Source: a bacterium (lineage in GTDB: Bacteria > JADJOY01). From it: a DNA stretch of 64,000 nucleotides. A program made the position numbers and the translations under genes. The DNA lies in assembly GCA_046331705.1 (NCBI GenBank), contig JAXLQJ010000018.1, positions 1-64,000 on the forward strand. Reading direction: 5' to 3'. Below the pieces are notes generated by a model. The model was not told where the DNA came from. It was given only the letters and a program-made list of their open reading frames with translations, and made no database searches. Shown here piece by piece: positions 9,396 to 18,866 of this stretch (its first letter is position 1; every line of letters starts with the position of its first letter).

Positions 9396-10556
9396 TCACG
9401 AGCCCTTCGGCAACCCCAGCACGCGCGTGGCGATGATGTTGCGGTTCACCTGGCTGGTACCGCCCGCAATCGAGGTGGCGCGGACGTACACGCGCTGGTC
9501 GCCGAAGCGGCCGGAGTTCGCCTCGGGGCCGAGCACGCGACCGGCGATCGCAGCGATCGCGTCCTCGGTGTCCGACCACACCAGCTTCGCGAGCGAGCCC
9601 TCGGGCCCGGGTATTCGCTTCTGGATGCTGGCCGAGAGCGCGCGATCGGCCAGGAACTTCATGTGCTCGGCGAGCAGGTAGGCGCGCGCCAGCTCGCGGC
9701 GCTTGCCGGGATCGGCGCCGAGCGGCGCGCCGTCGCGCTCGACGGTGCGGGCGTGCGCGATGAGGCGCGCGACCTTCTTCCGCACCTGCAGATGCAACGA
9801 CGCGACTCCCGCGCGCTCGTGGCTGAGGGTCGCCATCGCCACCTTCCAGCCACCGTCGAGCGGACCCAAGAGCGCGCTCGCGGGGACCCGCACGTCCTCG
9901 AAGAAGAGCTCGGCGAACTCGCGGCCACCGGTGATCGTGACGATCGGCCGCACCACCACGCCGGGGCTCGCCAGGTCGACCAGCAGGCACGAGATCCCTT
10001 CGTGCTTGGCCGCCGCCGGGTTGGTCCGCACCAAGAGCTCGCACCAGTTCGCGTACTCGCCGAGCGTGTTCCAGACCTTCTGGCCGTTGACGACGAAGTC
10101 GTCGCCGTCGCGGCGCGCGCTGGTCGTGATCGACGCGAGGTCGCTGCCGGCGTTGGGCTCGGAGAAGCCCTGGCACCAGATCTCGTCGCCGCGCAGCATC
10201 GGCAGCAGGAAGCGCTCCTTCTGGGCCGCAGTGCCGTAGGTCATGATCGCCGGGGCGATGTTCGAGAGCCCGATCACGTTGATCGGGCCGGGCGCCTCGG
10301 CACGGCTCATCTCCTCGGCGAGCACCACCTGCTCGATCACGCTCGCGGCGCGGCCGCCGTACTCCTCGGGCCACGACATGCCCGCGTAACCGGCGTCCGC
10401 GAGGGTGCGGTTCCACGCGCGCAAGCGCTTGACCAGCGCGGGCGTGAGATCGTCGCGAACGGTCACCCCGCGCAGGTCGGCGGGCAGATTCGCTTCGAGC
10501 CACGCGCGCACGCTCGCACGAAACTCCTCGGCCTCGGGCGGATAGCGAAAGTCCAT
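9396..10556 (-). CDS. Acyl-CoA dehydrogenase, FadE26/29/30-like catalytic subunit
   Basis: WCQGFSEPNAGSDLAS, NGQKVW, TLSHER, SIAGGTSQVNRNII. Confidence 0.95.
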   Translation of the reverse strand: MDFRYPPEAEEFRASVRAWLEANLPADLRGVTVRDDLTPALVKRLRAWNRTLADAGYAGMSWPEEYGGRAASVIEQVVLAEEMSRAEAPGPINVIGLSNIAPAIMTYGTAAQKERFLLPMLRGDEIWCQGFSEPNAGSDLASITTSARRDGDDFVVNGQKVWNTLGEYANWCELLVRTNPAAAKHEGISCLLVDLASPGVVVRPIVTITGGREFAELFFEDVRVPASALLGPLDGGWKVAMATLSHERAGVASLHLQVRKKVARLIAHARTVERDGAPLGADPGKRRELARAYLLAEHMKFLADRALSASIQKRIPGPEGSLAKLVWSDTEDAIAAIAGRVLGPEANSGRFGDQRVYVRATSIAGGTSQVNRNIIATRVLGLPKGS

Positions 10557-10573
10557 TCGGCTCCCTCGGCGCT

Positions 10574-12133
10574 TCAGATGGCGCGACCGCGGCCTTGCCA
10601 GTAGGGATCGCGAAGCTTGCGCTTCATCAGCTTGCCGCTCGGATCGCGCGGCAGCGCCTCGGTGAAATCGAAGGAGCGCGGGATCTTGTAGCGGGCGAGT
10701 CGCGCCACGCAATGCGCCATGAGCTCGTCGACGAAGGCCGCGCTCACGGCCACTCCCACCTCCGGCTGGACCACCGCCTTCACTTCCTCGCCCCAATCGG
10801 GATGCGGGATGCCGAAGACCGCGACGTCGGCGACCTTCGGGTGCGCGAGCAACGCCCCTTCGACCTCCGCAGGGTAGATGTTCACGCCTCCCGAGATGAT
10901 CAGGTCGATCTTGCGATCACACAGGAAGAGGTAGCCCTCCGAGTCCAGGTAGCCCATGTCGCCGGCGGTGAAGAGCCCGCCGCGACGGCCAGCACGCGTC
11001 TTCTCGGGATCGCCGCCGTACTCGAAGTCCGAGTACGAGCGCATGTAGACGGTGCCCACCACGCCGGCGGGGCATTCGTTGCCGTCCTCGTCGAGGATCT
11101 TGAGCTCGCCACCCTGCCAGACGCGGCCCACGGTGCCGGGGCGCGAGAGCCATTCGTCGGATCGCACCAGCGTCCCACCGCCCTCGGTGGAGCCGTAGTA
11201 CTCGTACACGATCGGCCCCCACCACTCGAGGATGCGGCGCTTGACCTCCACCGGGCAGGGAGCGGCGGCGTGCACCACCGCGCGCAGGCTCGAGAGGTCG
11301 TAGCGCTGCCGAGCTTCCTCCGGCAAAGCCAGCAGCCGATGAAGCTGCGTGGGCACGAGGTGGGTCGTGGTGACGCGGTGGCGCTCGACGAGCCGGAGCG
11401 TCGCCTCCGCGTCCCAGCCGTCCATCAGCACCACCGGGTGATCGAGGTGGAGCGAGTACCAGCCGTGGATGAGCGGCGCCATGTGGTACATGGGCGACGC
11501 CACCAGGTGCACGTGCCCGTCGCCGGGCCTCACGTCGTACTTGAAGAGGTGGGTCGCCTGGAGCGCGATCGCCAGGTCGGGATCCACCGGCACGAGCTTG
11601 CGCCGGACGCTGCGCGGCCGGCCGGTGGTGCCGCTGGTGTAGGCGAGGATCTGGCCCGCCTGCCGCTCGCTCGGTCGCTCCGGGGGCTGCCCCGCCGCGA
11701 ACGCGTCGAACGCGCGAAACCCGTCGATCGATCCCACGGCGATCCGTCGGTCCGCTGGCACGCCGGCATCGTCGGCAGCGGCGCGCGCGACGGCGGCGAG
11801 ACGCTCGTGGGTCACGAACGCTGCCGCGGGCGCATCCGCGAGGATGTACGCAACCTCCGACGCCGTGAGATGCGTGTTGATCGGAGTGAGTCGGAGCCCG
11901 ATCTGCATCGTCGCGAGCAGCACCTCGAAGAGCGCCCGCCCGTTCGGCAACAGCACCGCGACCACGTCGCCGGTGCCGAGGCCCGCTGCACGCAGCGCAT
12001 GGGCGAGTTGATTGCCGCCGCGCCACAGGTCGCGCGCCGCGACGGCGGTGCCATCGGGCTCGATCAGCGCGACACGCTCGCCCGCGCCAGGCGCGCTGCG
12101 CCAGAAGCCGGGGATCTCGAGGGAGGAGCTCAC
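10574..12133 (-). CDS. Acyl-CoA synthetase (AMP-forming)
   Basis: YTSGTTGRP, YEYYGSTE, GDMGYLD, IISGGVNIYPAEVE, LPRDPSGK. Confidence 0.95.
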   Translation of the reverse strand: MSSSLEIPGFWRSAPGAGERVALIEPDGTAVAARDLWRGGNQLAHALRAAGLGTGDVVAVLLPNGRALFEVLLATMQIGLRLTPINTHLTASEVAYILADAPAAAFVTHERLAAVARAAADDAGVPADRRIAVGSIDGFRAFDAFAAGQPPERPSERQAGQILAYTSGTTGRPRSVRRKLVPVDPDLAIALQATHLFKYDVRPGDGHVHLVASPMYHMAPLIHGWYSLHLDHPVVLMDGWDAEATLRLVERHRVTTTHLVPTQLHRLLALPEEARQRYDLSSLRAVVHAAAPCPVEVKRRILEWWGPIVYEYYGSTEGGGTLVRSDEWLSRPGTVGRVWQGGELKILDEDGNECPAGVVGTVYMRSYSDFEYGGDPEKTRAGRRGGLFTAGDMGYLDSEGYLFLCDRKIDLIISGGVNIYPAEVEGALLAHPKVADVAVFGIPHPDWGEEVKAVVQPEVGVAVSAAFVDELMAHCVARLARYKIPRSFDFTEALPRDPSGKLMKRKLRDPYWQGRGRAI

Positions 12134-12176
12134 GAAACGGGTGTTTCCCGGCCGTTTCCGCCCGGATTGGCGGGAT

Positions 12177-12195
12177 TTGACGGATCGTCAAATTC
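12177..12195. promoter_or_regulatory. Operator-like box, copy 1: TTGACGGATCGTCAAATTC
   Basis: Palindrome ATTTGACG-GAT-CGTCAAAT about 45 nt upstream of the CoA ligase start; recurs at 13234 and 20497. Confidence 0.8.
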
Positions 12196-12310
12196 GCCCT
12201 GGTGATACCACGCGACTCGCGGCGGGGAAACTGGCCGCGACGCCCTCGGAGCGACGAGGGCGAGCCGCCCGCGCCGCGCGTCGACGCGGCGCGCGAGCTC
12301 GATCGCCCCG

Positions 12311-13153
12311 TCAGCAGCGCGGAAAGCGCCGGCGATGCTCTCGCATCAAGAGCCGGCCGAGCACATGACCGAGCGACGGGCTGAGCCGGTCGAGCATCCA
12401 CAACACCCACGCGTGCGGCGTCACGATCACGATCGCATCGTTGCGGGCGACGCCCCGCACGATGATGCGCGCCGCGCGCTCGACGGGCATCACCCGCACC
12501 GGGAGCATCGCCTTCATGTCCGCGCGCGACTGCACGGGGATCGTGCCCGGATGGCGCAGCGTGATGTTCTCGAAGAGGATCGGCGTGTCGACGAAGCCAG
12601 GGCAGACGACGGTGGCGCGCACGCCCAGCGCCGCGCCTTCCGCGCGCAGCACGCGCGTCATCCCCACGACCGCGTACTTCGACGTCGTGTACGCGATCTC
12701 GTTCGCCGCCGGGAAGATCCCCGCCAGCGACGCGGTGTTCACGATGTGGCCGTGGCCTTGCTTCACCATCAGCGCGAACGCGGCGTGCACGCCGTGGACG
12801 ACCCCTCCCAGGTTGACGTCGAGCGTGCGCCGCCAATCCTCGAGGGTGTGATCGCGCGCCTCGCCGCCGATCGCGATGCCGGCGTTGTTGTAGAGGTAGT
12901 CGAGGCGGCCGTGCTGGGCGTGGACGCGCTCGATCGTGTCGCGGACCGCGGCCGCATCCGTCACGTCGAGCGCCACCGCCGTGGCGCGGCCGCCGGCGGC
13001 GACGATCTGCTCCGCGGTGTCGCTGGCGCGCTTCGCGTCGCGGTCGGCGAGCACCAGCACGGCGCCGCGACGCGCCATCTCCGCCGCCACCGCCGCGCCG
13101 ATTCCACTCGCCCCGCCGGTGACGATCGCGACCCGATCTCGAAACGCATCCAT
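12311..13153 (-). CDS. Short-chain dehydrogenase/reductase (SDR)
   Basis: TGGASGIG, NNAG, YTTSK, CPGFVDT. Confidence 0.95.
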   Translation of the reverse strand: MDAFRDRVAIVTGGASGIGAAVAAEMARRGAVLVLADRDAKRASDTAEQIVAAGGRATAVALDVTDAAAVRDTIERVHAQHGRLDYLYNNAGIAIGGEARDHTLEDWRRTLDVNLGGVVHGVHAAFALMVKQGHGHIVNTASLAGIFPAANEIAYTTSKYAVVGMTRVLRAEGAALGVRATVVCPGFVDTPILFENITLRHPGTIPVQSRADMKAMLPVRVMPVERAARIIVRGVARNDAIVIVTPHAWVLWMLDRLSPSLGHVLGRLLMREHRRRFPRC

Positions 13154-13233
13154 CGATCGCCCCCCGCGCACGGCTCGCGTGATCGGGTCGAGACCGCGCG
13201 CATGCCGTGTTTCGCCGGGGTTTTCGCTCGGAG

Positions 13234-13252
13234 TTGACGGTTCGTCAAATTC
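13234..13252. promoter_or_regulatory. Operator-like box, copy 2: TTGACGGTTCGTCAAATTC
   Basis: 18/19 identical to copy 1; between the divergent SDR and DUF35-thiolase genes. Confidence 0.8.
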
Positions 13253-13349
13253 CGTGTGTTGATAGCCGGCGCCGCGCGCGCTCGGGCCGCACGGCGCTCG
13301 ACTCGTCCGACGATCCAACCCACATCCCGCGCCCCCACGCACGAGCCGC

Positions 13350-13790
13350 ATGGAGTCTTGGCATCCCTTTCGCGTCCTTCCGGCGGTGGACGCGACCAAC
13401 GAGCATTTCTGGACGAGTGGGGCGCGCGGCGTGCTCGCGGTGCTGCGCTGCGCGCGCTGCGCCACGTGGATCCATCCACCGGCCCCCATCTGCCCGAGCT
13501 GCTCGAGTCGCGAGCTCGCGCCGCAAGCGACCAGCGGTCGCGGGACGCTGGTGAGCTACACGATCAATCACCAGCCCTGGATTCCCGGCTTCGATCCACC
13601 CTACGTGATCGCGCTGGTCGAGCTCGACGACCAGCCCGGGCTGCGCATCACCAGCAACCTGATCGGCTGCGCGCTCGACTCGATCGAGATCGGCCTGCCT
13701 GTCGAGGTCTGCTTCGACGAGTACGAGGGCGTGTGGATCCCGCTCTTCCGACCGCGCAGCGAGCCCGCGCCGGCGAGCGACTTCCCGTGA
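13350..13790 (+). CDS. DUF35 Zn-ribbon/OB-fold protein (ChsH2 C-terminal-like)
   Basis: FW..., CARC..PP..CPSC, GTLVSYT, PYVIALVELDDQPGLRITSNL. Confidence 0.93.
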   Translation: MESWHPFRVLPAVDATNEHFWTSGARGVLAVLRCARCATWIHPPAPICPSCSSRELAPQATSGRGTLVSYTINHQPWIPGFDPPYVIALVELDDQPGLRITSNLIGCALDSIEIGLPVEVCFDEYEGVWIPLFRPRSEPAPASDFP

Positions 13791-14980
13791 GCGAGCTCTT
13801 CGAACGCCGCGCCGCGATCACCGGCATCGGCCAATCGGCGGTGGGCCGCCGCCTCGGACGCTCGGGCCTCGATCTCACGATCGACGCGTGCTTGGCGGCG
13901 ATCGCCGACGCGGGCCTGGCCCGCCACGACATCGATGGCCTGGCGACCTACCCGGGCGCGGGCATCGGCACCGGCGGCTTCGCCGGCGCCGGCATCCCCG
14001 AAGTCCAGGACGCGCTGCGGCTCAACCTGAACTGGCACGCGGGCGGTCACGAGTCGCCGGGCCAGCTCGGCTCCGTGGTGAACGCGTGCATGGCCGTGGC
14101 GTGCGGGCTCGCCACCCACGTGTTGTGCTTCCGCACGGTGTGCGAGTCGAGCGCGCAAGGCGGCGGCGGGCGCCAGGGCATCGGCGGCGGCGGGCGCGGC
14201 GGCTTCAAGGCGCGCGACCTCTTGCAGTGGACGCTGCCCTTCGGTGCGGCGTCGGCCGCCAACTGGCTGGCGCTCACCGCACAGGCGCATTTCCACGCCT
14301 ACGGCACACGCCGCGAGCACCTCGCGGCGATCGCGCTCAACGGCCGGCGAAACGCCGCGCGAAACCCGAACGCCGTCTACCGCGATCCGCTCGGCCTCGA
14401 GGAATACCTCGCCGCACGGATGATCTCGACCCCGCTTTGCCTTTACGACTGCGACGTACCCGTGGACGGCTCGACGGCGGTGATCGTGTCGAGCGCGTCC
14501 GCGTGCGCCACCGTGGCCAAGCGGCCGATTCGCGTGGAGGCGGTGGGAACGGCGATCCACGGGCGGCCGTCGTGGGACCAATGGCACGACGTCACCTCGA
14601 TGGCCGCGATGGATGCGGCGGCGATGATGTGGGATCGCACCGACCTCACGCCGGCGGACGTGGACGTGGCCCAGCTCTACGATGGCTTCAGCTTCCTCAC
14701 GCTGATCTGGCTCGAGGCGCTCGGTTTCTGCGGCCGTGGCGAGTCGGGCGAGCTGGTGAACGACGGCGCGCGCATCGCGCTCGACGGCGAGCTTCCGCTC
14801 AACACCGGCGGCGGACAGCTCTCGGCGGGCCGGCTCCACGGCTACGGGCACCTTCACGAGGCCGTGGTTCAGCTACGCGGCGAGGGCGGCGAGCGGCAGG
14901 TGCGCAAGCAGCCCGAGGTCGCGGTGGTGTCCGCTGGCGGCGGCCCACTGGCCGGCTGCATGCTGCTCACGCGGAGCTGA
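13787..14980 (+). CDS. Thiolase-fold protein (SCP2/Ltp-like), nucleophile Cys apparently absent
   Basis: AAITGIGQS, PLCLYDCDVPVDG, AQLYDGF, LPLNTGGGQLSAGRLHG; GTGA overlap with DUF35. Confidence 0.9.
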   Translation: MSELFERRAAITGIGQSAVGRRLGRSGLDLTIDACLAAIADAGLARHDIDGLATYPGAGIGTGGFAGAGIPEVQDALRLNLNWHAGGHESPGQLGSVVNACMAVACGLATHVLCFRTVCESSAQGGGGRQGIGGGGRGGFKARDLLQWTLPFGAASAANWLALTAQAHFHAYGTRREHLAAIALNGRRNAARNPNAVYRDPLGLEEYLAARMISTPLCLYDCDVPVDGSTAVIVSSASACATVAKRPIRVEAVGTAIHGRPSWDQWHDVTSMAAMDAAAMMWDRTDLTPADVDVAQLYDGFSFLTLIWLEALGFCGRGESGELVNDGARIALDGELPLNTGGGQLSAGRLHGYGHLHEAVVQLRGEGGERQVRKQPEVAVVSAGGGPLAGCMLLTRS

Positions 14981-15171
14981 GCGATGCGAGCCTCCGATCG
15001 GGCAGCGCGAATCGCACCGTGTGGTTCCACGTTCCGCGCTCACGGCGAGCGACGAGGAAGCGCCATCCCGCGACGGCTCCACATCCCACGAGCCACCGCG
15101 AGCCGCCTCGCCGCTGGCGAGGAGCGGTGTCGCCGCGCCCTGCGCGCGGCAGCAGCCGCTGACAACGACGC

Positions 15172-16056
15172 ATGAACCCCACTGTTCATTCCTCGCTGCC
15201 GCTCGCGATCCTCTATGGGTCGCTGTCGGCCGTCGCGCTGTGCCTCGGCAAAGGGTTCCAGAAATACGGCGTCGAGGCGCTCGGGCGGCCGAGGCAATGG
15301 CTGAGCCGCGAGTACGGGCCCCGCTTCCTGGTGTGGTGCATCGGGACCGCGGGGATGGTGGCGTCGACGTTCCTGCTCTTCACCGCGTGCGCCTACGGTC
15401 CCGTCACGATCGCTGCGGCGCTCTCCGGCACGGGTCTGGTGGCGCTCGCGATCTTCGCCACCTTGGTGCTGCGCGAGCGTCCCAGCTCCACCGAGATCTG
15501 GGGCATCGCCGCGATCGTCGCCGGCACCGCGCTCACGGGATATTTCCAGCCCGAATCGACGACCAACGCGAGCGGCGTCGCCACCGAGCCGATCCTCGCT
15601 GGGCGCCTGGCGATCTTCTCGTCCGTCACCATCGGCGGCTCGATCCTGGGCACGGTGTACGGCTTGCTCGCCCAGGGGCCGCGCACGGGCGTGGTGCTCG
15701 GTCTGGTGTCCGGCTTCTGCGGCGGGATCTCCGTGCTCTTCCAGAAGGGCGCGATGCTGCACTGCGCGTGCGACGACCTCTTCGCCGACGTGCCCGCGGT
15801 GCTGCGCAATCCGTTCTTCTATCCGTTCGTGGTGTTCGGGATCCTCGATTTCGTGACCACCCAGTACGCGCTCAAGCGGGCGCGTGCGGTGACCGTGGTC
15901 CCTTGCTACCAATCCTTCTACATGCTGGTGCCGATCGTGGGCGGCATGATCGGTTTCGCGGAAGAGCTGACGTGGCTCCAGGTCATGGGGCTCGCGTGGC
16001 TGCTGGGCGGCGTGGTGCTGGTGTCGCGGTATCTGGCGCGTGAGGCGGCGGTGTAG
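15172..16056 (+). CDS. DMT superfamily transporter (NIPA/EamA-like)
   Basis: About 9 TM segments; G..QKYG, AYGPVTIAAAL, VLRER, VVPCYQ. Confidence 0.8.
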   Translation: MNPTVHSSLPLAILYGSLSAVALCLGKGFQKYGVEALGRPRQWLSREYGPRFLVWCIGTAGMVASTFLLFTACAYGPVTIAAALSGTGLVALAIFATLVLRERPSSTEIWGIAAIVAGTALTGYFQPESTTNASGVATEPILAGRLAIFSSVTIGGSILGTVYGLLAQGPRTGVVLGLVSGFCGGISVLFQKGAMLHCACDDLFADVPAVLRNPFFYPFVVFGILDFVTTQYALKRARAVTVVPCYQSFYMLVPIVGGMIGFAEELTWLQVMGLAWLLGGVVLVSRYLAREAAV

Positions 16057-16083
16057 CGCTCGTCCGCCCCCGCGAGGAGAATC

Positions 16084-16848
16084 ATGGCGTTTCGAGGCAA
16101 CGTGGCGCTGATCACCGGCGCCGGAAGTGGCATGGGGCAGCTCGCGGCGAAGAACCTGGCCAACGCGGGCGCGTCGGTCGCGGCGCTGGACGTGAACGAA
16201 GCGGGCCTCGCCGAGACCCGCGCCGCCGCTCCGTCGATCCGCACCTTTCCGTGCGACGTGACCAGCTACGCGGCGGTGGACGACGTGATCGCACGCGTCG
16301 AGCGCGAGCTGGGCGCCATCGATCGCGTGATGAACGCCGCGGGCGTGATGCCCGTCGGTCAGCTTCTCGACCAGACCGCCGAGCAGGTGAATCGGGTGAT
16401 GGCGATCAACTACTGCGGCACCGTGAACGTCACCCAGCGCACGCTGCCGGCGATGCTGGCGCGCGGGCGTGGCGATCTCGTCCAGTTCGGGTCGCTCGCC
16501 GGCTGGATGCCCACGTTGCGCTTCGGTGCCTACGACGCGTCGAAGTTCGCGGTGGTCGCGTACAGCGAGGTGCTCTACCACGAGAACCGCAAGCGCGGCG
16601 TTCGCATCACCTGCGTCTGCCCGCCCGCCGTCGCCACGCCGATGTTCGAGAAGATGAAGGACGGCGCGAAATCCACGAAGTTCTCGCCGGTCATCGCGCC
16701 GCAAGCGGTGCTCGACGCCATCGAGCGCTCGCTCGAGAAGGGCGAGCTGTGGTGCTTCCCGCGCTTCGCGACCATCACGCTGTGGACGCGCCGGCTGATC
16801 CCCAACGCGGCGTGGTGGTTCAATCATCGAGTCGAAGGAACGCCGTGA
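16084..16848 (+). CDS. SDR oxidoreductase
   Basis: TGAGSGMG, NAAG, YDASK; GAGGAG RBS. Confidence 0.95.
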   Translation: MAFRGNVALITGAGSGMGQLAAKNLANAGASVAALDVNEAGLAETRAAAPSIRTFPCDVTSYAAVDDVIARVERELGAIDRVMNAAGVMPVGQLLDQTAEQVNRVMAINYCGTVNVTQRTLPAMLARGRGDLVQFGSLAGWMPTLRFGAYDASKFAVVAYSEVLYHENRKRGVRITCVCPPAVATPMFEKMKDGAKSTKFSPVIAPQAVLDAIERSLEKGELWCFPRFATITLWTRRLIPNAAWWFNHRVEGTP

Positions 16849-18113
16849 CCCGGGCCACCCCCGCGTGGCTGGTCGCTGCGGTCCTCGTCACGTTCCCCGG
16901 CTCCGGATGCGGCGACGGCTCGAACGCGTCCTCCGCCGCGGCGCTCGATCGCTCGCTCGCGTTGGTGCGCGCGGAGGCGCTGCGCGCGCACGTCGAGGTC
17001 CTCGCCAGCGACGCCATGGAAGGCCGTCGCCCGGGCTCCGCCGGCCACGACCGGGCCCGCGACTACATCGCACGAGCGCTCGGTGAGCGGCGCATCGCAC
17101 GCGCCGGCGACGGCGGCACCTCGTACCTCCACGAGTACCCCACCGCGCCGCAGCCCGAGTACCTCTTCCCCTACCCCAACGGCTACAACGTCGTCGGCAT
17201 CCATCCCGGTACCACCGCGCCAGCCGAGATGGTGGTGGTGAGCGCGCACTACGACCACCTCGGCCACGACCGTGGCGGGCGCATCATGAATGGCGCGTAC
17301 GACGACGCCGCGGGCGTCGCGGCGCTCCTCGAGCTGGCGAGCGCGTTTCGCGAGGCGGGCTATCGCGCACGCCGCTCGGTCGTGTTCTTGTTCAGCGACG
17401 AGGAAGAGACCCCCGGCGATGGCGCGCTCCGGTGGATCCAAGCGCCCACGGTGAACGAGACCCGCGACATCGTGTTCGGGATCTCGGTCGATCCCATCGG
17501 GCGCCCCAACTTCCCGGGCTACGCGTGGACGGCGCTCTTCGGCCTCGAGCACAGCCCCGCGCTCGAGGCGCTGGTGCGCCCGCGGCTCGCGGGCTTCGGT
17601 GCCAATCCGGTCATCGCCGGCGACCGCTCGGTGATCCCGTATTTCGAGAACGACCAGGACCGCTTCTTCGACGCCGGGATCCCCGCCGTGTGGTTCATGA
17701 CTCCGGGATTCAGCTTCTACCATCAGTCCACCGACGATCCGGAAACCGTCGACTACGGCGTGGTCCTCGACGCGACGAGCGTCTTGGCGCGGCTCGTCGA
17801 CGTGGTGGCGAACGACGACCAGCGCTATCCGTTCGTCGCCGAGACCGGCGTCACGCCGGCCACGCTGCTGCCCTATCGGCAAGTGTTCCAGCGCTTCGCT
17901 GCCGCGAGCGACGTGCTCTCGCCGCTCGAGATCGGCATCGCGCGAAACGTCGTCACCCAGCTCGACCGCGTGGAAGCGCGCGGCTTCGTCGATCCCGAAG
18001 AGGCCGAGCCGCTTTCCCTCGAGGCGACCGGCCTCATCTTCCTCACGTCGGTGCTGCACCCGGGCGAGGTGCCGGTGCCCTTCCCGGCCGGTGCAACCGC
18101 CGCGAGACGATGA
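16845..18113 (+). CDS. M28 family metallopeptidase, predicted lipoprotein
   Basis: LASDAMEGR, SAHYDHLG, NGAYDDAAG, DEEE, YHQSTD; signal ending GSGC; GTGA overlap. Confidence 0.9.
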   Translation: MTRATPAWLVAAVLVTFPGSGCGDGSNASSAAALDRSLALVRAEALRAHVEVLASDAMEGRRPGSAGHDRARDYIARALGERRIARAGDGGTSYLHEYPTAPQPEYLFPYPNGYNVVGIHPGTTAPAEMVVVSAHYDHLGHDRGGRIMNGAYDDAAGVAALLELASAFREAGYRARRSVVFLFSDEEETPGDGALRWIQAPTVNETRDIVFGISVDPIGRPNFPGYAWTALFGLEHSPALEALVRPRLAGFGANPVIAGDRSVIPYFENDQDRFFDAGIPAVWFMTPGFSFYHQSTDDPETVDYGVVLDATSVLARLVDVVANDDQRYPFVAETGVTPATLLPYRQVFQRFAAASDVLSPLEIGIARNVVTQLDRVEARGFVDPEEAEPLSLEATGLIFLTSVLHPGEVPVPFPAGATAARR

Positions 18114-18338
18114 CGCGCAGCGCGGAGCCGTCCGAGCGCACCGTCGCCACGCCCGTCAGCGCTCGGGCGTGGTCATCGGGAAGGCACGAACGACCAGCCG
18201 CCCAGCGCCCCACGATCCACGTTGAACCCCGTGGCGCCTTGGAGCAAGGTGGAGGCACGGCTCTGGTTGACCGGCCACGGGCCGCGGCGCCACGCCGGGT
18301 GCCCTAGCAGACCCCACCGGCGACGGGAGGGATCGGGC

Positions 18339-18815
18339 GTGATCCTCGCGATCGATCGTCGGCTCTCGCCGTCCGGCGCTCGCCGCTCGCCGCGGGCGCT
18401 GCGGCGTGCGGCACTCGGTGCGGCACTCGCCCTCGTCGGCCTCACCGCGGGCTGCGGCGACAACGATCAGCCGCACGCCCAGCTCACGCTGAGCCCGGGC
18501 CAGCGCACCGAGCTGGTGCTGGCCGTCGACACCTCGAACGGCCACGACGGGATCCGCGACGTCGACCTGTGCCTGCTCGCGTTTCCCGACCTCGGCGACT
18601 TCGACACGTTGAACGCGCTCGAGCAGCTGGACGTCGCGTTCGACGGGGTCGGAAAATCCGGCGCCCACGAGTGCTCCGCGAACGTGACGGTGTCCGCCCA
18701 CGACGATGCGGTCGTGGGGCGCTACCGGATCCGGATCGTGTTCACCTACTGGCTGGCGACGGGCTTCCCCAATCAGAACGGCAACAACATCGTGGTGAAC
18801 GTGACCGATACCTGA
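18339..18815 (+). CDS. Hypothetical lipoprotein
   Basis: GGGAGG RBS, RR-rich n-region, LVGLTAGC lipobox, beta-rich body. Confidence 0.7.
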   Translation: MILAIDRRLSPSGARRSPRALRRAALGAALALVGLTAGCGDNDQPHAQLTLSPGQRTELVLAVDTSNGHDGIRDVDLCLLAFPDLGDFDTLNALEQLDVAFDGVGKSGAHECSANVTVSAHDDAVVGRYRIRIVFTYWLATGFPNQNGNNIVVNVTDT

Positions 18816-18866
18816 GGGAGCGGGCCGCATCGGCCGAGCCGCTCACAGCGGCCGGGGCCGTGCGAG

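Noticed and set aside
12177-12191. FNR/CRP box interpretation of TTGAC-N5-GTCAA
   Set aside because: The FNR site is TTGAT-N4-ATCAA; both spacing and bases differ
13358-13373. Sigma54-like TGGCATCCCTTTCGC
   Set aside because: Lies inside the predicted DUF35 coding start and has a poor -12 element
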